Assembly: GCA_038874655.1 (NCBI GenBank)
Contig: JAVZBY010000001.1
Coordinates: 68,997-132,996 of the forward strand
DNA length: 64,000 bases
Source: Candidatus Woesearchaeota archaeon
GTDB taxonomy: Archaea; Nanobdellota; Nanobdellia; Woesearchaeales; GW2011-AR15
Direction: 5' to 3'
The notes beneath the pieces are model-generated. The model was not told the DNA's origin. It was given only the letters and a program-made list of their open reading frames with translations, and ran no database searches. Made by a program: the position numbers and the translations under genes. Positions 31,332-41,062 of this stretch are shown here, in pieces; positions within the stretch are counted from its first letter, which is position 1; every line of letters begins with the position of its first letter.

Positions 31332-31394
31332 ATTATTTTATAATAGTAAGATATATTTAAATAATTGGAAAACTTTAATTTAAGTTGAAGTAAT

Positions 31395-31643
31395 ATGGCA
31401 AAAAAAATAAAAAATGAAATTTATGAAAAAAAGATTAATTTAGAGGATAAAGATAAGATTGATTTAATTGTTATTTTGCTGTTTTCTATTGCATTAAGTT
31501 TTGTTGTTGAGATTAGTTATTTTTTTGCTAAAGAACTTTTTGAGATTGAAAATCAATTTTTTACTTTGTTTTTATGGATACTAATCATTATTGTGTTTTT
31601 TATATCTTTATTTTTAATAATAAGGAGATATTTTTTTAAATAA
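31395..31643 (+). CDS. Small two-TM hypothetical protein
   Basis: 82 aa ORF with two hydrophobic helices. Confidence 0.6.
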   Translation: MAKKIKNEIYEKKINLEDKDKIDLIVILLFSIALSFVVEISYFFAKELFEIENQFFTLFLWILIIIVFFISLFLIIRRYFFK

Positions 31644-31661
31644 TTTCATTTTAATATATAT

Positions 31662-31968
31662 TGTAGGGCAGTACTTAACTTCCGGCATCTTTGCTGAGGA
31701 AAGTCCACCCACCATTAAAAAGCACTTGCGAAAGCAAGATTCCGAAAGGAATGGCAACCGCTCAGAAACGAGACCACTTGCAAGGAAGATGATAAATGCG
31801 AAAGTTATTGTAAAATAACTGAGATAACCTTTTGATGCTCTTGCAAGAACGGATGAAACGGCGAGTCCTGCTGGTGCAACCTTTAAAAGGGCATAGTTGA
31901 ATGTTAAGAAGGACTACTGATTTTTTACAAATCAAGTCCTACAAAAGGTGGCTTACAACTGCTCTACA
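31662..31968 (+). ncRNA. rnpB: RNase P RNA
   Basis: GAGGAAAGTCCAC near the 5' end pairs with GTGGCTT in ACAAAAGGTGGCTTA (P4); terminal helix TGTAGGGCAGT/ACTGCTCTACA (P1); CAGAAAC, TGAAAC and TGCAA conserved regions; GNRA-capped hairpins; GC-rich island. Confidence 0.93.
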
Positions 31969-31995
31969 TTTCTATTTTTATTTTTAAAAAATTTT

Positions 31996-32640
31996 TTACT
32001 GTTTCCATAACTTTGCATCATCTAAAAACTTTTTAATACCTATATCAGTTAATGGATGTTTTGCAATTTCTTCTAATATTGATGGTGGAACTGTAATACA
32101 ATCAACCCCAATTAATGCAGAATTCAAAATATGTTCTTTGTTTCTTATGCTTGCTGCTAAAATTTTTGTTTTAAATTTATAGTTGTCAAATATTTGTTTT
32201 ATTTGTTTTAATACTTCAATCCCTGAAACACCTGAGTCATCTAATCTACCCAAAAAAGGACTTACATATGTAGCACCAGATTTAGCTGCATATAAAGCTT
32301 GCAAAGGACTGAAAATTAAAGTTACATTTGTTTTTATTCCTTTTTTTGATAAATAGGAAACAGCTTTCATTCCTTCATTTGTCATTATAATTTTTATAAC
32401 TATGTTTTTTCCCCATTTAACATATTCTAATGCCTCTTTTATCATGCCTTCTGAATTTTCACTTAATGTTTCAACACTAATAGGGCCATCTATTATTTTA
32501 GAAATTTCTCTAATTACTTGTTCGTGATTTTTTCCAGATTGCTTTATTAAGGTAGGATTTGTAGTAATGCCATCACATAAGCCATAGCTGTTTAAAAGTT
32601 TTATTTTCTCAACATCTGCTGTGTCTATAAAAATTTCCAT
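31996..32640 (-). CDS. Transaldolase / fructose-6-phosphate aldolase
   Basis: FIDTA, GITTNPTL, VIKI, NVTLIFS, YVSPF.GRLDD, AASIR, HPLT..G. Confidence 0.93.
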   Translation of the reverse strand: MEIFIDTADVEKIKLLNSYGLCDGITTNPTLIKQSGKNHEQVIREISKIIDGPISVETLSENSEGMIKEALEYVKWGKNIVIKIIMTNEGMKAVSYLSKKGIKTNVTLIFSPLQALYAAKSGATYVSPFLGRLDDSGVSGIEVLKQIKQIFDNYKFKTKILAASIRNKEHILNSALIGVDCITVPPSILEEIAKHPLTDIGIKKFLDDAKLWKQ

Positions 32641-32827
32641 TTTATCACCTTTTTTTATTTTATTTAAATTACAAAATTATTAATTTATAAAATTTACAAT
32701 AAACTATTTTAATCAAAAAAATATTTAGTAAATAAAAATTTGTTTTTTAATATTTTATTTAATATAAAAATAAAAGTAATTTAACAAAATTTAACAAATA
32801 TAAAAGTTATTATTATAAAATTTATTC

Positions 32828-33154
32828 TTATAGTTTATCTATTAGTTTAAGCATTTCTAAAAAGTGTTTTGTTATTATATCGATATTTCGGAAATTTCTT
32901 GCTAATTTTGCTAAATAAAACAATGAAAAAAATAATATTTCTTTGGTTGGGTTTTCAAAAGTGCTACCTGCTTCTTTGAAAGCATCTTTCATTATAAGAA
33001 CAACAGAATTTTTGTTAAATTTTTCTCTTAATTCTTCATCTATTTGAACATTATTTAATGCTTCTTGATGTGCTTTTAGAAAACAATCTATTATTGCATC
33101 CCTGACTTGGATAGGCGTTAATTTTTTATTTGTTGTTTTACACTCTTTTTTCAT
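32828..33154 (-). CDS. Hypothetical helical protein
   Basis: 108 aa ORF; VRDAIIDCF..AH and F.NPTKE segments. Confidence 0.7.
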   Translation of the reverse strand: MKKECKTTNKKLTPIQVRDAIIDCFLKAHQEALNNVQIDEELREKFNKNSVVLIMKDAFKEAGSTFENPTKEILFFSLFYLAKLARNFRNIDIITKHFLEMLKLIDKL

Positions 33155-33344
33155 AGAGTTAATTAATTAAATAATATTAATAAATTTTACTAATTTTAAT
33201 AATTAGAATTCAAAAAGATATGAAAAATATAAATTAAAAATAAAATAATAACAAACAAATAAAAAATTGAAAAAATATAAATAAAATATACTAAAGGTAA
33301 ATAAAACCAAAATCTTAAATAGTTATATTTTATTTTAAAAAAAG

Positions 33345-35099
33345 ATGAAAAATAAGGAGATGTTTTTTTTTATATTATTTATTTTAGTAGTAATTAATTT
33401 AAATAGTGTTTACTCTAAATCTGGAAGTATTAAACTATTGGCTGTTTCTGAGGAAAGTGAAAAAGGTAGTATTGCAAATGTTAATTTAGAAATAAAAGAA
33501 GGATCTGGTAGAGTTTTTATTGATTCTTATCCTTTATCAAAGATAGACACACAAATTTCCACAAGATTTGCTAAAGAGGTTGCATGTAATTTTTTGGAAT
33601 TAGATTGCAGCAATTATGACTTTTTTTATACTATTAAAGCTAATAGTGCTATTGTTGGTGGTCCTAGCGCAGGAGCTGCAATTTCTGTTTTAACAGTAGC
33701 TGTTTTAAGTGATTTACCTATTGATGATAAAACTACAATGACAGGAACAATAAATAGTGGCGGCATTATTGGGCCAGTTGGTGGGGTTTTACCAAAAATA
33801 AGCGCTGCTTCTGAAGTTGGTATTAAAAAAGTTTTAATACCTAAATATAGTGGTTTAAATGAGAGTAATATTAGTGATTTAGAAAAAAAATATAAAATAA
33901 AAATAGTACAAGTTTCTTTTTTAGAAGAAGCATTAAAAGAGATTACCGGTAAAGATTTTGAAAAAAATGTTGAAATTAATATAAGTACTTCCTATTTAGA
34001 AACTATGAGTAAAGTTGCTAAGGATATGTGCAATAGAGCAAATTCTTTATATGAAGAAAACGAAATAACTTATAAAATTAAGAAAGGTGATGAAGAATTT
34101 AAAAATGCTAGTTTAATTTATTTACAAAGAGGTATAAATGCAACAAAAGATAATGAATTTTATAGCGCTGCTAGTTATTGCTTTGGAAGTGCGTTAAATT
34201 CACAATACCTAAAATTAAAAAATGAATTAAAAAGTGAAAAAAGTGAGGAAATAGATAAAATAAAGTTAATAAAAAAAATTAATGATACAAAACAAAGAAT
34301 TAATGATTATAATTTATTTATAAAAAATAGGGAATTAAAAACTATAACTGATTTAGAAATTTATATGATAGTAAATGATAGATTAATTGAAGCTGATGAA
34401 AGATTAAAAAATGCATTAGAAACAAATAACACTAATCAAAGTGTTTATAACTTAGCTTACGCTATTGAAAGATTAAATAGTGCTATTTCTTGGACTAATT
34501 TTTTTGATATGAAAGGAAAGAAATTTAGTATTAATAAAGCCACATTAGATGAAAGTTGTTTAAGGAAAGTTTCTGAAGTAGAAGAAAGATTACAATATTT
34601 AAAATTGTTTTTACCTGCGGAATTAGAAGATATAGAGAAATCAGTTAAAGATTCATATGAGAATTATAACAATCAAAAATCAGAATTATGTTTATATAAG
34701 GCAAGTATTGCAAAAGCAAGAGTTAATTTAATATTAAATACTATGGCAATTAATAACGAGGACATAAAAAATTTGATTGATGATAGAAGTTTTTTAGTAA
34801 AGAAAATAATTTCAAAACAGAATAAAAGAGATATTTTTCCTGTTTTAGCTTATAGTTATTATGAATATGGAAACTCATTAAAAAATAACGATGAATACTC
34901 TGCTCTATTGTATTTAGAATATGCATTAGAATTAGGTAATTTAGATATTTATTTTGAGAAAAGTAAATTGCCAATTAATTTGCCTAAAATAGAAAAAAAT
35001 TATATCTATATTTTTGTGGCTGGCTTAATTTTTGGAATTCTTTTTGGAATGGCTTTTATGTATGATATTTATCATTTAAAAAGAAAATTAAAAAAATAA
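33345..35099 (+). CDS. Archaeal S16 (Lon-C-like) serine protease, exported and membrane-anchored
   Basis: Signal peptide, GPSAG (Ser), TGTI...G.IGPVGGV..K (Lys), C-terminal TM. Confidence 0.9.
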   Translation: MKNKEMFFFILFILVVINLNSVYSKSGSIKLLAVSEESEKGSIANVNLEIKEGSGRVFIDSYPLSKIDTQISTRFAKEVACNFLELDCSNYDFFYTIKANSAIVGGPSAGAAISVLTVAVLSDLPIDDKTTMTGTINSGGIIGPVGGVLPKISAASEVGIKKVLIPKYSGLNESNISDLEKKYKIKIVQVSFLEEALKEITGKDFEKNVEINISTSYLETMSKVAKDMCNRANSLYEENEITYKIKKGDEEFKNASLIYLQRGINATKDNEFYSAASYCFGSALNSQYLKLKNELKSEKSEEIDKIKLIKKINDTKQRINDYNLFIKNRELKTITDLEIYMIVNDRLIEADERLKNALETNNTNQSVYNLAYAIERLNSAISWTNFFDMKGKKFSINKATLDESCLRKVSEVEERLQYLKLFLPAELEDIEKSVKDSYENYNNQKSELCLYKASIAKARVNLILNTMAINNEDIKNLIDDRSFLVKKIISKQNKRDIFPVLAYSYYEYGNSLKNNDEYSALLYLEYALELGNLDIYFEKSKLPINLPKIEKNYIYIFVAGLIFGILFGMAFMYDIYHLKRKLKK

Positions 35100-35218
35100 A
35101 GATTATAATTATAAAAATTATGACTATAAAATAATTAATAAAATAATTTAAAAATAAGATAATTTAATAATTTAAAAAAGCAATTTTTATAAATAAACAT
35201 TTTTTCTTTAACTTAAAA

Positions 35219-35335
35219 GCCAAAAACAGCAGATTAGCTTTTTAAAGTTAAAATAAAATTTAAAAAGGACTGCTGTTTGAAACTGCTGAGGCGAGAAAAA
35301 TGCAGTTGCTAACTGCTATTTCTATTGCCTTAATT
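35219..35335 (+). promoter_or_regulatory. Structured 5' leader / candidate cis-regulatory RNA upstream of rps2
   Basis: TATA TTTATAAA at 35186-35193; two long hairpins 35224-35278 and 35287-35332. Confidence 0.5.
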
Positions 35336-35402
35336 ATAATCAAAATATATGTAAAAAATTAATAAAAAGTTAATAAAAAGGATAAAAAACATAGGTGAGA
35401 AA

Positions 35403-35990
35403 ATGACAGAAGAATCATTATTGGTGCCAAATGATGTGTATTTAAAAGCAGGAATACATATTGGAACAAAATTTAAAAGTAAGTTTATGGAAAATTTTAT
35501 TTATAAAACAAGGCCAGATGGATTATCTGTTTTAAATGTACAAAAGATTGATGAAAGAATAAAATTAATGGCAAATATGCTTTCTAAATATGAACCGAAG
35601 GATATTTTAGTTGTTAGCAGAAGAGAAAATGGTTGGCAAGCTGTTAAATTGTTTGCAAAGGCAATTGGTTGCAAATTTTATGCTGGAAGATATCCGCCAG
35701 GAGCATTAACAAATCCAAGTTTAAAAACTTTTATAGAGGCAAAAATTGTTGTTGTAACAGATGCCTGGCCAGATAGAAATGTAGTATTAGATGCTTTAAA
35801 AGTTGGAATACCTGTAATTGCTTTATGTGATACAAATAATCAAGCAAATAACATTGATTTAGTTGTCCCATGTAATAATAAAGGAAAGAAAAGTTTAGGC
35901 TTATTATTTTATATTGTGGCAAGAGAATACATGAAATTAAGAAATATGGGTGAATTAAAGATTACAATGGAAGAGTTTATGGCTGAATAA
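35403..35990 (+). CDS. rps2: 30S ribosomal protein uS2
   Basis: YLKAGIHIGT, R.DGL, GRY.PG.LTNP, ALCDTNN, PCNNKG..SL. Confidence 0.97.
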   Translation: MTEESLLVPNDVYLKAGIHIGTKFKSKFMENFIYKTRPDGLSVLNVQKIDERIKLMANMLSKYEPKDILVVSRRENGWQAVKLFAKAIGCKFYAGRYPPGALTNPSLKTFIEAKIVVVTDAWPDRNVVLDALKVGIPVIALCDTNNQANNIDLVVPCNNKGKKSLGLLFYIVAREYMKLRNMGELKITMEEFMAE

Positions 35991-36021
35991 ATATTTAAAA
36001 AATAACTTTTTCTTTTTCTTT

Positions 36022-36870
36022 ATGTTTTTAATTTCTGTGTATCAAGCTGAGCAATTATTAAAAGATTTAGAAACAAATAAAGAAGAAAGTTTAATTTCTT
36101 TAGATTTAGGATTAAGTAATTCAGTTGTTAAAATTGATAGAAAGGAAAGTAAATTTATTTTTCCAGATGAACAAGTTTTAGGGTTAGAGAAAATAAAGAA
36201 GATTATTAAAAAAGATACAATTTGTTTTTATATTAAAAATAATGACATTTTTCCAGTTTCTATTTTTTCTGAAGAGACAAATAACTATTATAAATTAGTT
36301 CCAACTGGTTTATGTAATTGGCCAACTCTTGAAATTTCTGGAATTCGGATGCATGTTACAAAAAAATATGGTCCAAAAGAAGACACTGAAGAAAAAATTT
36401 CTTTTATTGCTCCTTGTGTTGGTGCTGTTTTAGATACATGTACAGGATTAGGTTATACTGCAATAATGGCTGCAAAAACAGCTAATTTAGTTTTTACAAT
36501 TGAAAGAGATAAAAATGTAATTGAAATTGAAAAAATTAATCCTTATTCTAAAGAACTTTTTACAAATGAGAAAATAAAAAGAATAATTGGAGATTCTTTT
36601 GAAGAGATTAAAAAGTTTAAAGCTTGTTATTTTGACAGAATTATACATGATCCACCTAGAGTTGCTTTATCTCCTTTGTTATATAGCCAGGAATTTTACA
36701 ATGAATTGTTCAGAGTTTTAAAATACAAAGGCAAAATATTTCACTATACTGGCGATCCTGGAAGTAAAAAAGGTTTAGACATAAGAGCTGGCATAATAAA
36801 AAGATTCGAAAAAGCTGGCTTCAAAAATATTAAAAGGGTTTTTAATGGAATTAGTGCTGAAAAGATATAA
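36022..36870 (+). CDS. Predicted archaeal SAM-dependent methyltransferase (COG2521-like)
   Basis: PTLEISGIRMH, VLDTCTGLGYTA, IIHDPPR, FHYTG.PG. Confidence 0.88.
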   Translation: MFLISVYQAEQLLKDLETNKEESLISLDLGLSNSVVKIDRKESKFIFPDEQVLGLEKIKKIIKKDTICFYIKNNDIFPVSIFSEETNNYYKLVPTGLCNWPTLEISGIRMHVTKKYGPKEDTEEKISFIAPCVGAVLDTCTGLGYTAIMAAKTANLVFTIERDKNVIEIEKINPYSKELFTNEKIKRIIGDSFEEIKKFKACYFDRIIHDPPRVALSPLLYSQEFYNELFRVLKYKGKIFHYTGDPGSKKGLDIRAGIIKRFEKAGFKNIKRVFNGISAEKI

Positions 36871-36878
36871 AAATAATC

Positions 36879-37559
36879 TCAAATAAAAATACCATTTTCT
36901 TTAATTTCATAAAAAATAGTTTTTCCTACTAAAGATTCATCTAATTTATGTTTAATTAATTTTGCTTGTCTTTTTTTGTCATCTATCTTATTTAATTCTA
37001 TTATGGTTTGACACATATTTGAAAACATTTTGTTAGCAATCATTTTAAAATTCTTGTTGTCAGAAAAATCTGCTTTTACTTGATTAGTTATTAAAACAAT
37101 TTTATCTTTGTCTCTAGCAATTCTAATTAAAGATTGTATTTGTTGTCCCATTAACATATTAATTTTTTTTGGTTCTTTATTTAGTTCTAATTTGTAGAAA
37201 TTGGATATTGAATCGATAATTAGAATAAAAAATTTTGATGTTTTGGAATTATATATTTTAGAAATTTGTTCATGCAGCTCAAAAAAATTAGTTGGTTGAA
37301 GTAAGAATAAATAATCTAAATAATTTTTTGTAAATTCTTTTTCCTTTTTTATTAATTGATTAAATCTATCAATACTGAATGTTTTTTCTGTATCAATAAA
37401 AATAACTTTTTTTTGATTTTTTATAGCTGAAATTGCTGCCAATAAACATGTTGTTGTTTTTCCTGAGGAGGCATTTCCATAAATACCAGTAATAAAACCA
37501 GAATGGAATTCATCTATTAAATAACTAATTGCTTGATTGTTTGGATTTAAGGTTATCAT
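36879..37559 (-). CDS. radB: DNA repair protein RadB (RecA family)
   Basis: G....GKTT, FIDTE, IIDSI, LITNQV, KH motif; no RadA N-domain. Confidence 0.82.
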   Translation of the reverse strand: MITLNPNNQAISYLIDEFHSGFITGIYGNASSGKTTTCLLAAISAIKNQKKVIFIDTEKTFSIDRFNQLIKKEKEFTKNYLDYLFLLQPTNFFELHEQISKIYNSKTSKFFILIIDSISNFYKLELNKEPKKINMLMGQQIQSLIRIARDKDKIVLITNQVKADFSDNKNFKMIANKMFSNMCQTIIELNKIDDKKRQAKLIKHKLDESLVGKTIFYEIKENGIFI

Positions 37560-37642
37560 TTTTTATCTTTTATTTTTTTAATAAAATATTATTAAAAAAG
37601 AAATTTATAAAATTTGCTAATTCTTTATTTTTTAAATCTTTT

Positions 37643-38821
37643 TTAGGAATTTATTACCTTTTTATAAAAAGATTCTACTTCTTTTGCTATCTTCTCCCAA
37701 TCATAATCTTTGATATAATCTAATTCTTTTATTTTTTCTTTATAAAGGATTTTATCTGTTAAAAGTTGTTTTAATTTTTTACTTAAATCTAAATAATTGT
37801 CTGGTTTAAAAAATAATCCACCTCTTTTGTTTGTTATTTCTATGAAAGGTGGAATCTCTGTGCAAACAAAGGGTATTTTTAATGCTATTGCTTCTAATAA
37901 TACAATTCCAAAACCTTCCACATTACTGGGAGAACAAAAAACATGACTTTTTTTTATTTCATTTAAAACTTCTTCATGAGATTTTAAAAATCCTAAAAAA
38001 CTTATGTTTTTTTCTAAATTTAAATTTGAAGAAAGTTTTTTTAAATTATTTAATTCTTGTCCTTGACCTATTATTTTTAGTTTTATATCTGGAATTTCCT
38101 TTTTTAACAAAGAAATAGATTTAATTAAGATATCTACTTTTTTTGTTTTTATTAATCTGCCTACATAAATAATTGTTGGTCTTTTCTCTTTTTTTATTTG
38201 ATTTTTATTTATTAAATTAAATTTTTCCAAATCAATTCCATTTGAAATTACTTTAATTTTATGTTCATTTACTCCATTTTGAATTAATCTTTTTTTTGTG
38301 AAATTACTAACAGAAATAAAAGCATCAAAGTTTAATTTTAATATTAATCTTTCATAAACTTCATATGGAAGTGCAATTATCCCTTTATTTTTTATCCATT
38401 CGTTTATCCATGTTTCATGATAAGTTGCTATTATTTTTTTTTTTAGTTTTCTTGCTATTTTATAGCCTGGCAAATAAGTAGTAAAATTATATGCATCTAT
38501 AATATCTATATTTTTGAAACTTTTCGCTTGATTTACTAATGCACATGCAAAATTTAACCTAGATAAAAAACCTGCATTATTAGAATATGGATGATGATCC
38601 CCAACTCGATAAACTAAAAAACTATGTTTTATTTTTTTATTTTTATCAATAAATTTAAACTCTGTTTTTCGTTCTAAATTATTTCGCCAAGATGTTAAGA
38701 TATAAACACTATGTTTTTTTGATAGTTCTTTTGCTAAATAAAATGCTCTTGATTCAACTCCACCTGTAATGTCTGAACTTGTTGTTTCAGGAAAATATTC
38801 AGATAAAATTAAAATATTCAT
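37643..38821 (-). CDS. Glycosyltransferase family 4
   Basis: GG.E, NGID, VGRL...K, EGFGIVLLEA. Confidence 0.92.
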   Translation of the reverse strand: MNILILSEYFPETTSSDITGGVESRAFYLAKELSKKHSVYILTSWRNNLERKTEFKFIDKNKKIKHSFLVYRVGDHHPYSNNAGFLSRLNFACALVNQAKSFKNIDIIDAYNFTTYLPGYKIARKLKKKIIATYHETWINEWIKNKGIIALPYEVYERLILKLNFDAFISVSNFTKKRLIQNGVNEHKIKVISNGIDLEKFNLINKNQIKKEKRPTIIYVGRLIKTKKVDILIKSISLLKKEIPDIKLKIIGQGQELNNLKKLSSNLNLEKNISFLGFLKSHEEVLNEIKKSHVFCSPSNVEGFGIVLLEAIALKIPFVCTEIPPFIEITNKRGGLFFKPDNYLDLSKKLKQLLTDKILYKEKIKELDYIKDYDWEKIAKEVESFYKKVINS

Positions 38822-38840
38822 TTTATTTCAATTTGTGTTA

Positions 38841-39167
38841 TTATTTTTTTTTTCTTAGTGCGTTTTCTCTAACTAATTTTGTTATTTCCATTTCAACTTC
38901 TTCTAATTTAACATATAGTCTAAATAATAAATAAAATAATATTACAATACTTGAATAAACTAAAACATCTACACCTCTGCCTATGCCTATAAATGAAGCA
39001 ACTTTGGTTAAAATATTTGGAAAAAAGACAACGAAGATTAAACCTATCCAAATTCCTAACCAAAAAAATAATTCTAGTAATGTGATTTTTTTGTCTTTTG
39101 CTCTTAATATTGCTCTGCTGGCAGCAAATGAAAAAAATAGTATTGCTATTATTTGGATTATTGTCAT
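38841..39167 (-). CDS. DUF2304 family membrane protein
   Basis: FW...W, FP, GIGRGVD, IT.LVR..AL; downstream of GT2. Confidence 0.88.
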   Translation of the reverse strand: MTIIQIIAILFFSFAASRAILRAKDKKITLLELFFWLGIWIGLIFVVFFPNILTKVASFIGIGRGVDVLVYSSIVILFYLLFRLYVKLEEVEMEITKLVRENALRKKK

Positions 39168-39204
39168 TTTTACCTCCTTTAATCAATTCCTTAGATATTT
39201 ACTT

Positions 39205-39891
39205 TTATTTCAATAATTTTTTAAGTAGCATTTTAAAACCTAATACAAAGCTTCTATCCCAAGATTGACCTTTAAGAACAGAATATTTACTATAAATAAC
39301 TGTAATTGGAACTTCTTTATATGTTAGTCTGTGTCTCATAATTTCTGAAAAAAATTCACCTGCATGTTCCATCCTGTCAGAGGTTATTTCTATTTTTTTA
39401 GCTGCTTCTAATGAAATAGCTCTAAAACCGCATTGTGAATCTGTAACTTTTATACCATATAAAAGATACACAACAATTACACCTATTTTTAAAATAATTT
39501 TTTTAAAAAAAGGTATGTTTATTGCCTTTCCTAAAAATCTTGAACCTAAGGTTATGTCTGCTTCTTTATTGACAATTGGTTTTATCATATTTTTTATATC
39601 TCTTGCTAAAAATTGACCATCTGCATCAAAAGTTATAATAATATCTGCATTTTTTTTGATTGCATATTCAATACCTGTTTTTAAGGCTGCACCTTGACCT
39701 CTATTTATTATGTGTCTTAAAGCAATAACCTTTTTTTTTAATGCTATTTCATAGGTTTTATCAGATGAGCCATCATCAACAACAATTATATTATGATAAC
39801 CTTCTTTTTTTAAATCTTCAATTACTTTAGAAATAGCTTTTTCTTCATTATAAGCTGCAATGACAACAAAAATTTTTAATTTTTCTTTCAT
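39205..39891 (-). CDS. Glycosyltransferase family 2 (DPM1-like)
   Basis: AYNEE, VDDGS.D, N.GQGAAL.TG, FDADGQ, DSQCGFRA. Confidence 0.92.
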   Translation of the reverse strand: MKEKLKIFVVIAAYNEEKAISKVIEDLKKEGYHNIIVVDDGSSDKTYEIALKKKVIALRHIINRGQGAALKTGIEYAIKKNADIIITFDADGQFLARDIKNMIKPIVNKEADITLGSRFLGKAINIPFFKKIILKIGVIVVYLLYGIKVTDSQCGFRAISLEAAKKIEITSDRMEHAGEFFSEIMRHRLTYKEVPITVIYSKYSVLKGQSWDRSFVLGFKMLLKKLLK

Positions 39892-39992
39892 CTTTTAGAA
39901 TAAATTATTTTTTAATATTTAATAGTTATTTTTTATGAAACTTTTTGCTTTAGAAAAAATTATAAAGGAATTCTCACTTTTTATATTTGAAA

Positions 39993-40763
39993 ATGGGGGT
40001 CTTTGATAAATTATTTAAAAAAGAAATTAAAGAAATCCAAAATAATTCTAGCAATATACATCAGGAACTACATAATGAACTAAAAAAACATCATGAGAGA
40101 TTAGAAAAATTAAATGAATATAGTCAAAATTTACATAAATATATTTATTATATTGAACATAGTAATACTAAACATAAAAAAGAGATAATTGAACATATTA
40201 ATAATGTTAATAAATGGATTGAATATTTAAATGAGAGTCATAATAATCTAAAAAGAGAATTAAATGATTTTAAAATAAATATACGAAAAAGGTTAAAAGA
40301 AGATCTTGCTTATTATCATGAATTAATTGAAGAATATCTCACTTTTAAGATTAACAGCTTAGAAAACAAACTAGAAGAATATAAAAAAGAACACACAAAA
40401 ATTGTTGAAAATAAAGAAAAAAACGAAAAAATAGATATTGATACATTAAAAAAAAGTATAAAAGATGAAATTTTGAAAGAAATTTCAATTAATAATATAA
40501 AGAATACAAGTGAACTTAAAGAAAATCTAGAATTATCAAAACCAGAAAAAGATATTTTAAGACTAATGTTCAATGAAGGAAAACCTATGACCTATGAACA
40601 AATTGCTGAAAAATTAAATAAATCTGTTAATAGTATAAGAGTTTATATGAATAATATTAAATTAAAAAAACCAATTGTAGAAGAATTTTTAACAAGTAAT
40701 GGAATAAAAGTATTTAGTATAAAAAATTCTGAAATGGTTAAAACATTATTTAATTCTTATTGA
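39993..40763 (+). CDS. Coiled-coil protein with C-terminal winged HTH
   Basis: Long heptad region then LSKPEKDIL.LM...PMTYEQIAEKLNKSVNSIRVYMNNIK. Confidence 0.78.
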   Translation: MGVFDKLFKKEIKEIQNNSSNIHQELHNELKKHHERLEKLNEYSQNLHKYIYYIEHSNTKHKKEIIEHINNVNKWIEYLNESHNNLKRELNDFKINIRKRLKEDLAYYHELIEEYLTFKINSLENKLEEYKKEHTKIVENKEKNEKIDIDTLKKSIKDEILKEISINNIKNTSELKENLELSKPEKDILRLMFNEGKPMTYEQIAEKLNKSVNSIRVYMNNIKLKKPIVEEFLTSNGIKVFSIKNSEMVKTLFNSY

Positions 40764-40799
40764 AAAGTTTTAATAATTAAACTTTATTTTTAAATTTGG

Positions 40800-40954
40800 C
40801 ATTATATAATGCATTATAATGACATTATATAACATTATAATGCACATTATGTGTTTTCACGACTACATTATATAATATTATAACACGCATTATAACACAT
40901 TATAATGCGCATTATATAACATTATAATGCGCATTATCCTCATTATATAATATG
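40800..40954. repeat. Phased array of CATTAT(AT)AATG boxes
   Basis: CATTAT at 40800, 40812, 40823, 40833, 40845, 40866, 40888, 40898, 40910, 40920, 40932, 40941; spacing mostly 10-12 bp. Confidence 0.9.
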
Positions 40955-41062
40955 TTTAAAAAAATAATTTAATAATTAAATAAATTTTTAAAAAAATTGT
41001 TATATAAATAATAAATTATTTTTTATATTTAAGTTTATATTAAAGATTAGATTAAAATCAGA

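Noticed and set aside
35219-35335. Possible tRNA or SRP RNA
   Set aside because: No cloverleaf or T-loop motif and no SRP helix 8 motif
40800-40954. Possible CRISPR array
   Set aside because: Units are 10-12 bp with no unique spacers, and there are no cas genes in the window
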